Shown piece by piece: positions 28,005-36,700 of a stretch of DNA of 64,000 nucleotides. The stretch lies in contig JAUSED010000012.1 in assembly GCA_030650425.1 (NCBI GenBank), positions 905 through 64,904 of the forward strand. The letters run 5' to 3'. A program made the position numbers and the translations under genes. The stretch's first letter is position 1; each line of letters starts with the position of its first letter. The notes below the pieces were generated by a model. It saw only the letters and a program-made list of their open reading frames with translations. It was not told the origin of the DNA and did not search any database. The DNA is from Candidatus Omnitrophota bacterium (GTDB lineage: Bacteria; Omnitrophota; Gorgyraeia; Gygaellales; Profunditerraquicolaceae).

Positions 28005-29195
28005 GTGATAAATTATAAGCAGATGAAAGCTAAATTAATTCTTATTTTTGCGATTTTATCGGCGGCGTTATTTATACCCGCCAATAGGGCGTACAGTGAT
28101 AATACGCCTGTGCTTATGGTTTTTCATTCCCCGAGCTGCCAGCGGTGCATAAAAGTGAAAAAGGATATCCTGCCGCAAATTGAAAAAGAGTTTAAGGGTA
28201 AGCTGCAGCTGCAGTATTACGATCTGGCGGATATTAATAACTACGCTCTCTTAGTCAGCCTTAAAGATAAATATAATAAAGATTTTAGCATCGAGCTGCC
28301 GGTATTTTTTATCAACGGCCAATTGATTAATGGTAAAGGCGACCTGAAAAGCGCTCTCAAAATCGCGATCTATCTTTCCTTAGGCCAAGCGCATAGAGGC
28401 GAGCAAGCCAGTTCAGTAGATTTAGTCAGTCGTTTTAAGAATTTTAAACCCTTGGCCATCGCAGGCGCCGGGCTAACCGATGGGATCAATCCTTGCGCGT
28501 TTACGGTAATTGTATTTTTTATTTCGTATCTGGCCCTTCAAGGTTACCGAAAAATAGAGTTGATTATTATCGGCCTCTCTTTTATCGTCGCGGTCTTCTG
28601 CACGTATTTATTGCTTGGTTTGGGTATATTTAATTTCCTTTATCGGCTGGAAGGCTTTTGGATTGCGGCCAAAGTCTTTAACATTTCAATCGGAGCGCTC
28701 AGTTTAACCTTGGGCGGATTAGCTATTTATGATCTGCTGAAGTTTAGAAAAACTCAAAATCCCGAAGGTATGCTCCTGCAATTACCGCAAGCCATAAAAA
28801 ATCAGATTCATTCCATAATCGGAATGCATTATCGTAAGGCTAAGGAGCCGGGGGTAAGAAAGATAACCCTGTCGCGCTTAGTTAAGCTAATTTTAAGCGC
28901 GCTGATTTCAGGATTCCTGGTTTCTGTTTTGGAGGCTGTTTGTACAGGGCAGCTTTATTTACCGACGATAAGTTTTATTTTGAAGACTACGCCGCTCAAA
29001 TTTAAGGCATTTATCTATCTGGTAATCTATAATATTATGTTTGTCATCCCGCTATTTATAATCTTTCTTTTGGCTTTGTTTGGGGTGACCTCAGCTCAAT
29101 TCGCCCAATTTATCAGAAAACATATGGTGAGTGTAAAGGCGTTGATGAGCGCTATGTTTATTGGTTTAGGGATATTTTTAATCTGGAGGGGATGA
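28005..29195 (+). CDS. CcdA/DsbD-family thiol-disulfide transporter with an N-terminal thioredoxin-like domain
   Basis: 'CQRC' redox motif in the periplasmic N-domain. TM cysteines in 'GINPCAFTV' and 'LEAVCTGQLYLP'. Confidence 0.7.
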   Translation: MINYKQMKAKLILIFAILSAALFIPANRAYSDNTPVLMVFHSPSCQRCIKVKKDILPQIEKEFKGKLQLQYYDLADINNYALLVSLKDKYNKDFSIELPVFFINGQLINGKGDLKSALKIAIYLSLGQAHRGEQASSVDLVSRFKNFKPLAIAGAGLTDGINPCAFTVIVFFISYLALQGYRKIELIIIGLSFIVAVFCTYLLLGLGIFNFLYRLEGFWIAAKVFNISIGALSLTLGGLAIYDLLKFRKTQNPEGMLLQLPQAIKNQIHSIIGMHYRKAKEPGVRKITLSRLVKLILSALISGFLVSVLEAVCTGQLYLPTISFILKTTPLKFKAFIYLVIYNIMFVIPLFIIFLLALFGVTSAQFAQFIRKHMVSVKALMSAMFIGLGIFLIWRG

Positions 29196-29587
29196 TAATG
29201 AAAAACGCGCGAGGTGCAGGGTGCAGGGTGCTAGGACTAGTTGGGTTAATGTTTTTGTTACATACGGCTTGTTTTGGGAAAGAGGCGGTTGATCCTAATG
29301 CTTGGGATTTTGGTAAGATTAAGCAGGGGGAGGTTGCCACGCATGTCTTTAGCTTAAAGAATGAATCTGGCAAGACACTCAATATCACCGCCTTAAATAC
29401 CTCCTGCGGCTGTACTGTTTCAGAAGTCAAAAAGAAAGTTTTATTAGCCCAGGAATCTACTGAACTTGAGGTAAAGTTTAACTCCAAGGGCTATTCAGGG
29501 GCAGTACAACAGTTTGTCTATGTGAATACGGATGATATTGACAAGCCGGTGATTAGGTTTATAATAAAAGCTGAGGTAGTTAAATAA
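29192..29587 (+). CDS. DUF1573-like secreted protein
   Basis: Signal peptide. 'CGCT' motif. Overlaps the upstream gene by 4 nt. Confidence 0.55.
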   Translation: MIMKNARGAGCRVLGLVGLMFLLHTACFGKEAVDPNAWDFGKIKQGEVATHVFSLKNESGKTLNITALNTSCGCTVSEVKKKVLLAQESTELEVKFNSKGYSGAVQQFVYVNTDDIDKPVIRFIIKAEVVK

Positions 29588-29593
29588 TTTCAG

Positions 29594-29626
29594 GGATTGC
29601 TTCGGCACTTTGTGCCTCGCAATGAC
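29594..29626. repeat. Half-copy of the palindromic element family seen at 21903..21982
   Basis: GGATTGCTTCGGCACTTTGTGCCTCGCAATGAC versus GAGATTGCTTCGGGCACTGCGTGCCCTCGCAATGAC. Confidence 0.45.
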
Positions 29627-29663
29627 GGCATTGTTGAAGTAATTAGAAGGAGGCTGATTTCCA

Positions 29664-30623
29664 ATGTGGTCTTTACAACTAAGGATGTGGCTATTACTGA
29701 CAATTCTTTTCGGGTTTATCTACGCGCTTGTTGTTGTCGTCGGAAAGACATTCCTGCACGTAGGAGATTTTAGTTTTTATCTGATCATCTCCTTGATTTT
29801 GATGTTTATCCAGTATATGATCGGCCCGAAGATCGTTGAATGGACGATGCGGGTTAAATATATTCAGCGGACGGATAACCCGAGGTTATTCCAGATGGTC
29901 GAGAGTCTGGCTGCGCGGGCGAATATCCCGGCGCCTAAAATAGGCATCGCCCAGATCCAGATCCCCAACGCCTTTGCCTTTGGCAGAAGTATAGGCGATG
30001 GCCGGGTCTGCGTTACGCAGGGGATTCTGAATTTATTGAGCGACGAAGAATTGAAAGCGGTTTTAGGGCACGAGCTGACGCATTTAAAGAACAGGGATGT
30101 TTTGACGATTACGCTTCTTTCGGTGATCCCGATGGTGATGTATAGGATTGCCTGGCAGTTTCTTTTTTACGGACGCCGCCGCGACGAAAGGGGAGGCAAT
30201 ACCGTATTAATCGGATTAGCCGCGTTTATTTTTTATTTTATCACTAATCTTTTGGTGCTTTATGCCTCGCGTATCCGCGAGTATTTCGCGGACAAGGGCT
30301 CGGTGGCTTTAGGCAACCGTCCTTCAGTGCTTGCCTCCAGCCTTTATAAGCTTGTTTATGGTTCGGCGCGAATGAATCCGGAAGCGCTCAAGGAATCCGA
30401 AGGCCTGAAGGCATTTTTTGTCAATGACCCCTCCCAAGCCCGGAAAGAAATTAAGGATTTAGCGCAGTTGGATTTAGATAAGAGCGGAACAATCGACCCT
30501 TCGGAGCTCGCCCTTTTACAAAGTAAGAATATACGTTTAGGCGTGGGTGATAAATTGATGGAGCTGTTAAGCACCCATCCCAATATGCTTAAGCGCATCA
30601 AAAAGCTTTCGGAATATCATTAA
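29664..30623 (+). CDS. htpX: M48-family zinc metalloprotease HtpX
   Basis: 'GHELTHLKNRD' (HExxH) and N-terminal TM helices. Confidence 0.85.
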   Translation: MWSLQLRMWLLLTILFGFIYALVVVVGKTFLHVGDFSFYLIISLILMFIQYMIGPKIVEWTMRVKYIQRTDNPRLFQMVESLAARANIPAPKIGIAQIQIPNAFAFGRSIGDGRVCVTQGILNLLSDEELKAVLGHELTHLKNRDVLTITLLSVIPMVMYRIAWQFLFYGRRRDERGGNTVLIGLAAFIFYFITNLLVLYASRIREYFADKGSVALGNRPSVLASSLYKLVYGSARMNPEALKESEGLKAFFVNDPSQARKEIKDLAQLDLDKSGTIDPSELALLQSKNIRLGVGDKLMELLSTHPNMLKRIKKLSEYH

Positions 30624-30643
30624 TTAAAATAGAAGATAACCTC

Positions 30644-30696
30644 AGGGGACACTTTCCGTCAGGGCTATTGCGGAGCTCTTCACAGGAAAGTGTCCC
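30644..30696. repeat. 53-nt palindromic element, copy 0 (intergenic, 20 nt after the htpX stop): GGGGACACTTTCC-N27-GGAAAGTGTCCCC
   Basis: 13-bp perfect inverted repeat with a 27-nt loop. Same family as the four intragenic copies in 30906..34595. Confidence 0.8.
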
Positions 30697-30838
30697 CTTC
30701 TGCTTCAGAAGCAATCTTTTTCCAACAAAAAAATCGCCTCCTTTCCCTTGTTTTTTTTACCTATATGTTACACTTTCATCAATAATCCTATAGTCCTAAA
30801 TTATGGAGGTAGTTTAGGACTGCTATGCAGTACTTGAA

Positions 30839-30882
30839 GCCGGATTGACACAAAAAGGGTCGATTCCGGCTTTTATTTTTTG
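30839..30882 (+). terminator. Terminator-like hairpin plus T-tract in the 5' leader of the giant gene (possible attenuator)
   Basis: GCCGGA...TCCGGC stem followed by TTTTATTTTTT, ending about 24 nt before the ATG at 30906. An additional 9-bp hairpin (AGTCCTAAA/TTTAGGACT) lies at about 30792-30821. Confidence 0.35.
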
Positions 30883-30905
30883 CTGGTTTCTTAAAAAGTT
30901 AAAAA

Positions 30906-33900
30906 ATGCGTAAAAGAACCTCAAAAATTCTGGCTATAGTTTTGTCCTTTATTTTAATCTTCCAGCAGATTGGTTTTGCTCAGGTTGCCACAGAACTGAA
31001 TATCGCCGGCCACCTTAGCGCGCTGCGTAACTCTTTTGTGGTCGACAAATTCCGACCCTTGCATCTGCGTTATCTGCAGTATCTTCCTCGAGAAAATAGT
31101 TTTAAGCTCTATTTAGACAAAGGCGACCAATTTCCTGCAGTAGGGAATACCCTAGCAGTAGGGGACACTTTCCATCAAAGCTATAAGGAACCACTTAATA
31201 GGAAAGTGTCCCCTACTGACTCAACCAATTTAACTAATGCAACTAAGGATTTACTCAATTATTTCTTCATCGGTTTAACCCTCCCCAATGACTCCTTCTG
31301 GGTTAACCTGCGTCCAGACTCTCCAGATAACATCATCGATGACTATTTAGCCAAGACTGACGTAGGTAAGATAATGCTGGAAACCGACCTCCAGCTTAAA
31401 AAAGACACAGCCCTAGCCACTTCTCCAGAGACCCCTGAAGGAAGAGACTACTGGAATAAGCTCTATACCAAAGCAGGAGAGCTCTTTGGCTCTGAGAACA
31501 TCACTATTCCCACTCTCACCCGGCCTTGGATTGTTCCGGATGAAATTATTATCAGAGAAACTACTGACTCAGCCTACATCTACAAAGCCACCCTCAAGGT
31601 AATGCTTGAATCTGATTACCTTTCAAGTAAAAGCAGGGGACATTTTCCGTCAGGGCTATCAGGGAACTCTCAAAAGGAAAGTGTCCCCTACGCGCAGTAT
31701 CAGTTTAAGGATGAACGTCTCAAGCAACTCAATGAATACTCATCACAACTCATCCGAGAACTAATCATTCCTAAACTCACCAAAGAAGTTAACTCCAGTA
31801 AAAGATACGCTCCCTTAAGGCAGGTCTATTACTCTTTAATCTTAGCCCAATGGTTTAAGGCTAGGCATACTCCAACAGAAGGGGACATTTTCCGTCAGGG
31901 CGATAAGGGAACTCTTAAAAGGAAAGTGTCCCCTGATGCTCTCATCAACTCCCGTAACCTCACTAACCTTACCTCCCAACAACCCTGGCCCAAAGCCACC
32001 TACTTCCAAGCCTACCAGAAGTCCTTTAAAGACGGTGAATACAATATCCAGGAACCGGTCTATACTCCTACAGGCCAGGTGATCAGGAGTTATTTTTCAG
32101 GAGGAGAAAACTTTGGGAATATAACATCTCCTCAAATGATAATAGTCCCGGCAAACACCCCTGTTTCTCCGGCAGTGAAGAATTTGATTGAAGCGCCCGC
32201 CGTCTCTTCTCCGCTGATTAGAATTGGAAATCAGGAATCAGTACAAGAGAGTGTTGACTTTTATAAACAGCGGTTAGATGAACTTAAAGAAAGATACAGG
32301 GAGAGTATTATAATAACTGAACGTAATTATAAGAGGACAAATGATTTTACGAAAAGGAATGCTTCATTATTTTTGGCGTATTATCAATTTATTAAAGCAT
32401 TAACTTCTAATCTTGATTCCGGGGAGTCAGTTTATATATATCCAGTTCCAGGCCCAGATTTTGCATTTCAGATGCACGCGGATACTTTCGCGTTGAATAA
32501 TGAGGCTACAGATAATCTCTGGGGAAGGGAATTATTGGAAGAATCCGGTATATTGGGAAAGCCTGACTATGAAAATTTTGATAATGATATAATATTCCAG
32601 AAATTATTGTCAAAGGGTAAGTATTTGGATGCCTATGACCTAAAAAATTATTTCGATATAAAAAGAGAGCAAGATAAGAAATTTATTTTCGTTATGAAAG
32701 GATTTATGTATATTGCGCAGCAGTTTATAAGCTCAGAAACGGAGAGACGTAATTTCTTAGAAAATTTACTGCTCCATTTTTTAAAAGTTAGTGACAAAAT
32801 CATAATATTTGAAGAGGAAGATCAAAAGTTTTTCGAATCTCTACCAGCGATCAATGAATATTATAGGCTTCTTTACAGGGATGATGGAATATTTGAAGGA
32901 ACGAAAAACGCTTCTATAACTAAAGGAATAATAAAATTAGTTTCGATTCCGAATCGAATTGCAATATATGAAAAAACTAAGGAACCGGAGAGAGCTATAG
33001 AGAGTTCTGGATTTCCGCTGGAAGATAATCCCGCCGCCGGCTCGCCGGTGCAGAGGCAATCCGTCTCTTCGGCGGTGGAAGAGGGGAAACAATCCGCCAG
33101 CTCGGAGATGAGTCAGGAGCAGCAAGAGATTGAAGAAATAAACCATGATTTCTCAAGGTTTTCTGACTATTTAAAAAGAAAAGATTTTAGTCTTTACGTG
33201 TATAACAAAACTAGGCTCAGTTATTTTCTGAAAGCTAGAGGCATAGATGCTTTTATGGAAGTTATAAAATATAACTATAATGTATATCCTGACGAAATAA
33301 TGCAGCGTTTCATTTCAGGATTGATGAATGTAATTCTTTCTATGCGATATAGAGATCTTGCAGGCCAGTGGCACGGGCTTACAAAAGACATGCTTCAGCC
33401 TCATTTAGATTTTATTACTGATATTGCTTTAAAGCCGGCAAAACGAGCTTTGGCTTACACCATAGATGTAGCGTTAACTCATTCGCCTTCGGGTAAAGTG
33501 ATAATGTATCAAAACAAACGGCTTGGTGCGGTATATCCTATTATGGAAAAGGATATGCAAGAGTTGTTAAGAGAGAAGGGATTCGGTGTATTTGAGGTTG
33601 ATTTGGATAATATTGAAAATAAAACTAATGATGAGGTCGTAGAATATATAAATACTATTATGCAAAAATCTGAATTCTCTAAATCCCGCATTATTTTAGT
33701 CCGGTTCAAAATTCCATCCACTATAACGTATACGGGTTTAGAGTCTCAAAAGGAAAAACTCAATACTTTAGATATACTCAGCAATTTGTCAAGAGCACCT
33801 ATCGTAATGGTTGACGGCTCTGCGCGTAATCAGGTCTCAACAGCGCAGCAGGTGGTAAGGAAATCCGACCAGGGCCAAAAAATAGATATGTTTAATGCTG

Positions 33901-34595
33901 ACATCTCATACCCTTATCAATACTTCAATTTCGACGCTCCCGATAACATAGATATGTTACTTCCTGCAATTTCTTCAGATGACAAAAACGGCGAACTTTA
34001 TGATGAATTCGCAAAAAGGATGGCAAGCAGATTGGCTAAAGATGCAGATTTTTGGAAACAAATAGAAGATAGGAGAATGCGGGTTGCCAAGAGAGAAGGG
34101 GGTTCAGCCGGTTTGGCTATAAGAAAAACCCCTTTCGCTGGCTCGCGACCGAGCCAGAAGGGCGAGGGACCGGAGCAGGAGAAAGCCGCCTCTCTGGCGG
34201 TAGGGGATGTAAAAGGCGGCATCGATTTCCGCGCGCTTCCTATTGTCACCGAGGCGGTGAGCAATTTAAGGAGTAGCCTTGGGGACAGTTTCCTAAGAAC
34301 AAACTCCTCAGGAATTTATCGGAAACTGTCCCCTGCGGACGAGTGGCAGGAGATAGAAAGAATGGCGAGTTCCGGTATCACGCCTTCACCCGAAAGGATG
34401 AAAGAATACCTGCAAGCCTCCTGCGCCAAAGGCGACATCCCCCAGGATAAAGATAAGGTTATCCTCTGTATAGCTGATATTCTAAGAGGCGAAGAGGAAA
34501 CCTGTTTCGCAACCGACCCCACCTTGCGCGACATCCTTGTTGTGCTGGAAGCCTCCGGCTCAAGTACGGAATTAAACAAAATATTCTTAGGGTAG
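30906..34595 (+). CDS. Giant secreted protein (1229 aa) of unknown function, carrying four in-frame palindromic-element insertions
   Basis: Signal peptide 'ILAIVLSFILIFQQIGFAQVA'. Long ORF with protein-like composition. No recognisable catalytic motifs. Confidence 0.7.
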   Translation: MRKRTSKILAIVLSFILIFQQIGFAQVATELNIAGHLSALRNSFVVDKFRPLHLRYLQYLPRENSFKLYLDKGDQFPAVGNTLAVGDTFHQSYKEPLNRKVSPTDSTNLTNATKDLLNYFFIGLTLPNDSFWVNLRPDSPDNIIDDYLAKTDVGKIMLETDLQLKKDTALATSPETPEGRDYWNKLYTKAGELFGSENITIPTLTRPWIVPDEIIIRETTDSAYIYKATLKVMLESDYLSSKSRGHFPSGLSGNSQKESVPYAQYQFKDERLKQLNEYSSQLIRELIIPKLTKEVNSSKRYAPLRQVYYSLILAQWFKARHTPTEGDIFRQGDKGTLKRKVSPDALINSRNLTNLTSQQPWPKATYFQAYQKSFKDGEYNIQEPVYTPTGQVIRSYFSGGENFGNITSPQMIIVPANTPVSPAVKNLIEAPAVSSPLIRIGNQESVQESVDFYKQRLDELKERYRESIIITERNYKRTNDFTKRNASLFLAYYQFIKALTSNLDSGESVYIYPVPGPDFAFQMHADTFALNNEATDNLWGRELLEESGILGKPDYENFDNDIIFQKLLSKGKYLDAYDLKNYFDIKREQDKKFIFVMKGFMYIAQQFISSETERRNFLENLLLHFLKVSDKIIIFEEEDQKFFESLPAINEYYRLLYRDDGIFEGTKNASITKGIIKLVSIPNRIAIYEKTKEPERAIESSGFPLEDNPAAGSPVQRQSVSSAVEEGKQSASSEMSQEQQEIEEINHDFSRFSDYLKRKDFSLYVYNKTRLSYFLKARGIDAFMEVIKYNYNVYPDEIMQRFISGLMNVILSMRYRDLAGQWHGLTKDMLQPHLDFITDIALKPAKRALAYTIDVALTHSPSGKVIMYQNKRLGAVYPIMEKDMQELLREKGFGVFEVDLDNIENKTNDEVVEYINTIMQKSEFSKSRIILVRFKIPSTITYTGLESQKEKLNTLDILSNLSRAPIVMVDGSARNQVSTAQQVVRKSDQGQKIDMFNADISYPYQYFNFDAPDNIDMLLPAISSDDKNGELYDEFAKRMASRLAKDADFWKQIEDRRMRVAKREGGSAGLAIRKTPFAGSRPSQKGEGPEQEKAASLAVGDVKGGIDFRALPIVTEAVSNLRSSLGDSFLRTNSSGIYRKLSPADEWQEIERMASSGITPSPERMKEYLQASCAKGDIPQDKDKVILCIADILRGEEETCFATDPTLRDILVVLEASGSSTELNKIFLG
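31161..31213. repeat. 53-nt palindromic element copy 1 (intragenic; stem extended to 17 bp; encodes GDTFHQSYKEPLNRKVSP in frame 0)
   Basis: agtaGGGGACACTTTCC-N27-GGAAAGTGTCCCCtact. Confidence 0.8.
31636..31688. repeat. 53-nt palindromic element copy 2 (intragenic; translated in a different frame as RGHFPSGLSGNSQKESVP)
   Basis: GGGGACATTTTCC-N27-GGAAAGTGTCCCC. The U.G wobble keeps the pairing. Its loop is about 85% identical to copies 0 and 3. Confidence 0.8.
31881..31933. repeat. 53-nt palindromic element copy 3 (intragenic; frame 0, encodes GDIFRQGDKGTLKRKVSP)
   Basis: GGGGACATTTTCC-gtcagggcgataagggaactcttaaaa-GGAAAGTGTCCCC. Confidence 0.8.
34281..34333. repeat. 53-nt palindromic element copy 4 (intragenic; frame 0, encodes GDSFLRTNSSGIYRKLSP); carries a compensatory base-pair change
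   Basis: GGGGACAGTTTCC-N27-GGAAACTGTCCCC. The C->G change in the 5' arm is matched by a G->C change in the 3' arm. Confidence 0.8.
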
Positions 34596-34654
34596 TTTTC
34601 AAAAATACACATAATTATATTGACAAGTAGCCATATTTATGTTACCTTTTTATT

Positions 34655-34942
34655 GTGGATAGAATCTCTGGGGATTTTATTTGGGATCGCCGCAAAGAGC
34701 TAATCAACATAAAGAAGCATGGCGTTGATTTTGTTGCCGCTGCCAGCGTATTTAGAGATACAAAAAGAAAGATTTACACTGATTCCAAGCACAGTGAGGC
34801 CGAAGAAAGATTATTCTGTGTAGGTAAAGTAGGCGGTAAAATCCTAACAGTCAGGTTTATTTACCGGCATGATAAAATCAGGATCTTTGGAGCCGGGTAT
34901 TGGAGAAAGGGAAAGGTTTACTATGAGAAAGAAAACGATTAA
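34655..34942 (+). CDS. brnT: BrnT-like (DUF497) ribonuclease toxin
   Basis: 95 aa, GTG start. 'IWDRRKELINIKKHGVDF...' is typical of the BrnT/DUF497 family. Confidence 0.6.
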   Translation: MDRISGDFIWDRRKELINIKKHGVDFVAAASVFRDTKRKIYTDSKHSEAEERLFCVGKVGGKILTVRFIYRHDKIRIFGAGYWRKGKVYYEKEND

Positions 34943-35159
34943 TGCGGATATGCCTATTGGCAAGTTAACTAAAGTCAAGGATTTTCTTCCTCCTCCGGCG
35001 CAGCTTGCTATGCCCGAAGAGACTACAAAAATCACTATATCCTTGAAGAAATCCAGCGTAGAATTCTTTAGGCATGAGGCGCAGCGCTATCACAGTAAAT
35101 ATCAGCGGATGATACGTGAATTGTTGGATAGGTATGCTATGCAGTACGCTAAGAATTAA
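34923..35159 (+). CDS. brnA: BrnA-like antitoxin
   Basis: ATG at 34923 overlaps the toxin's 3' end. ~78 aa, with a C-terminal 'RYHSKYQRMIRELLDRYA' RHH-like segment. Confidence 0.5.
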   Translation: MRKKTINADMPIGKLTKVKDFLPPPAQLAMPEETTKITISLKKSSVEFFRHEAQRYHSKYQRMIRELLDRYAMQYAKN

Positions 35160-35216
35160 TTAGGAATCTCCCTCCATTTTAGTCAGGTTTTTTCCTGTCA
35201 AAGGCTTAAACCATAG

Positions 35217-35245
35217 TTGACATAACCCCAATTATCTTATATAAT
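35217..35245 (+). promoter_or_regulatory. Consensus sigma70-type promoter for lysS (TTGACA - 17 nt - TATAAT); yields a leaderless or very short-leader mRNA
   Basis: Perfect hexamers read directly. The -10 element ends 9 nt before the lysS ATG. No SD. Confidence 0.55.
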
Positions 35246-35254
35246 TAAAAAACT

Positions 35255-36700
35255 ATGGATTTAAACGAGCTTATTCAGCAAAGGAAAGCTAAAGCGCAAG
35301 CACTTGAGGCCAAAGGCGTTGTTCTGTATCCTGCTCAGGCAGCTCAGTATACAGGCATAGGGGAGGTTTTGGCTGATTTTAAGGAAGGTCAGAAACTAGC
35401 CTTTTGCGGACGCGTCACGGCCAAGCGTTCGCACGGGAAAGCCGCATTTTTGGACTTAAGGGATTCCACCGGAAAAATCCAGCTTTACATCAAGGCGGAT
35501 ATTGTGGGAGATGACGGTTTCTTTATTTATGATAATATTGATATCGCTGATTTTATTGAAGTCGCGGGAGAGCTTTTTAAGACGCATACCGGCGAACCTA
35601 CCTTAAAGGTAGAAAAAATAGCGCTTCTTGCGAAGGCCTTGCGGCCTTTACCTGAAAAATGGCATGGCCTGCGCGATGTGGATCTGCGTTACCGCCAGCG
35701 CTACCTTGATTTAATCGCTAATGATGAAGTAAAGAAAGTATTTATAGCGCGCGCAAAGATAATTAAGCAGATCCGGGATTTTCTCGACGCTAAAGGTTTT
35801 CTGGAAGTTGAGACTCCGATGATGCATTACATTCCGGGAGGCGCGGCAGGCAGGCCTTTTCAGACGCATCACAATGAATATAGTATGGATTTATTCTTAC
35901 GGATTGCCCCGGAATTATACCTGAAGAAACTTTTAGTCGGAGGCTTGGACCGCGTCTACGAAATCAACCGTTCTTTCCGCAACGAAGGCGTTTCTACCCG
36001 GCATAATCCCGAATTTACCATGTTGGAGGTTTATGAAGCTTACTCTGACTACGAAGGGATGATGCGTCTAGCCGAAGGCTTGATTGTTTCTTTGATTCAG
36101 GAGCTATTTGGAAAAACTATTATCACTTATCAAGGTAAAGAGCTAGATTTTACTCCGCCGTGGAAGAGAATTTCTTTTCAGGAATTAGTTAAGCAGAAAT
36201 TTGATATTTCAGCCGAAGATAACGAAGAAGTAATGTTGGATAAACTTAAGGCTAAAGGTTTTGCTAAAGAAGTAAATAGGCTTTCGCGGACCCAGATCGC
36301 CAAGATTATTGAAGAAGTTTTGGAAGAGGGGATGGGCTTAAATCCTACCTTTGTCACCGACTATTTTAGCAGTATGTGCCCCTTAGCCAAGAATAAGCAA
36401 GAGGAGCCGTTGATTTCCGAGAGGTTTGAATTATACGCAGGCGGGATTGAAATAGGCAACGCTTATTCGGAGCTGAATAATCCTACCGAGCAAAGGAAGC
36501 GTTTTGAGGAAGAAATCAAAGGGCTTACTTCCGATGAGCGGAAAAACGTGGATGAGGATTATTGTCTCGCGCTCGAACACGGTATGCCTCCGGCAGGAGG
36601 ATTGGGTATAGGCATAGATCGGCTGGTGATGCTTTTAACTGATCAGGCATCGATTAGGGATGTAATTTTATTCCCGCTTTTAAGGCCGGAACAGGAATAA
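35255..36700 (+). CDS. lysS: Lysine--tRNA ligase (class II)
   Basis: 481 aa. N-terminal OB anticodon-binding domain plus class II core motifs ('FRNEG', 'GLGIGIDRL'). Confidence 0.9.
   Translation: MDLNELIQQRKAKAQALEAKGVVLYPAQAAQYTGIGEVLADFKEGQKLAFCGRVTAKRSHGKAAFLDLRDSTGKIQLYIKADIVGDDGFFIYDNIDIADFIEVAGELFKTHTGEPTLKVEKIALLAKALRPLPEKWHGLRDVDLRYRQRYLDLIANDEVKKVFIARAKIIKQIRDFLDAKGFLEVETPMMHYIPGGAAGRPFQTHHNEYSMDLFLRIAPELYLKKLLVGGLDRVYEINRSFRNEGVSTRHNPEFTMLEVYEAYSDYEGMMRLAEGLIVSLIQELFGKTIITYQGKELDFTPPWKRISFQELVKQKFDISAEDNEEVMLDKLKAKGFAKEVNRLSRTQIAKIIEEVLEEGMGLNPTFVTDYFSSMCPLAKNKQEEPLISERFELYAGGIEIGNAYSELNNPTEQRKRFEEEIKGLTSDERKNVDEDYCLALEHGMPPAGGLGIGIDRLVMLLTDQASIRDVILFPLLRPEQE

Noticed and set aside
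30644-34333. Possibility that the GGGGACA.TTTCC repeats are a CRISPR array
   Set aside because: The repeat arms are inverted, not direct. The N27 'spacers' lie inside palindromes. The copies are not regularly spaced (475, 245 and 2400 nt apart). There are no cas genes. So this is not a CRISPR array.
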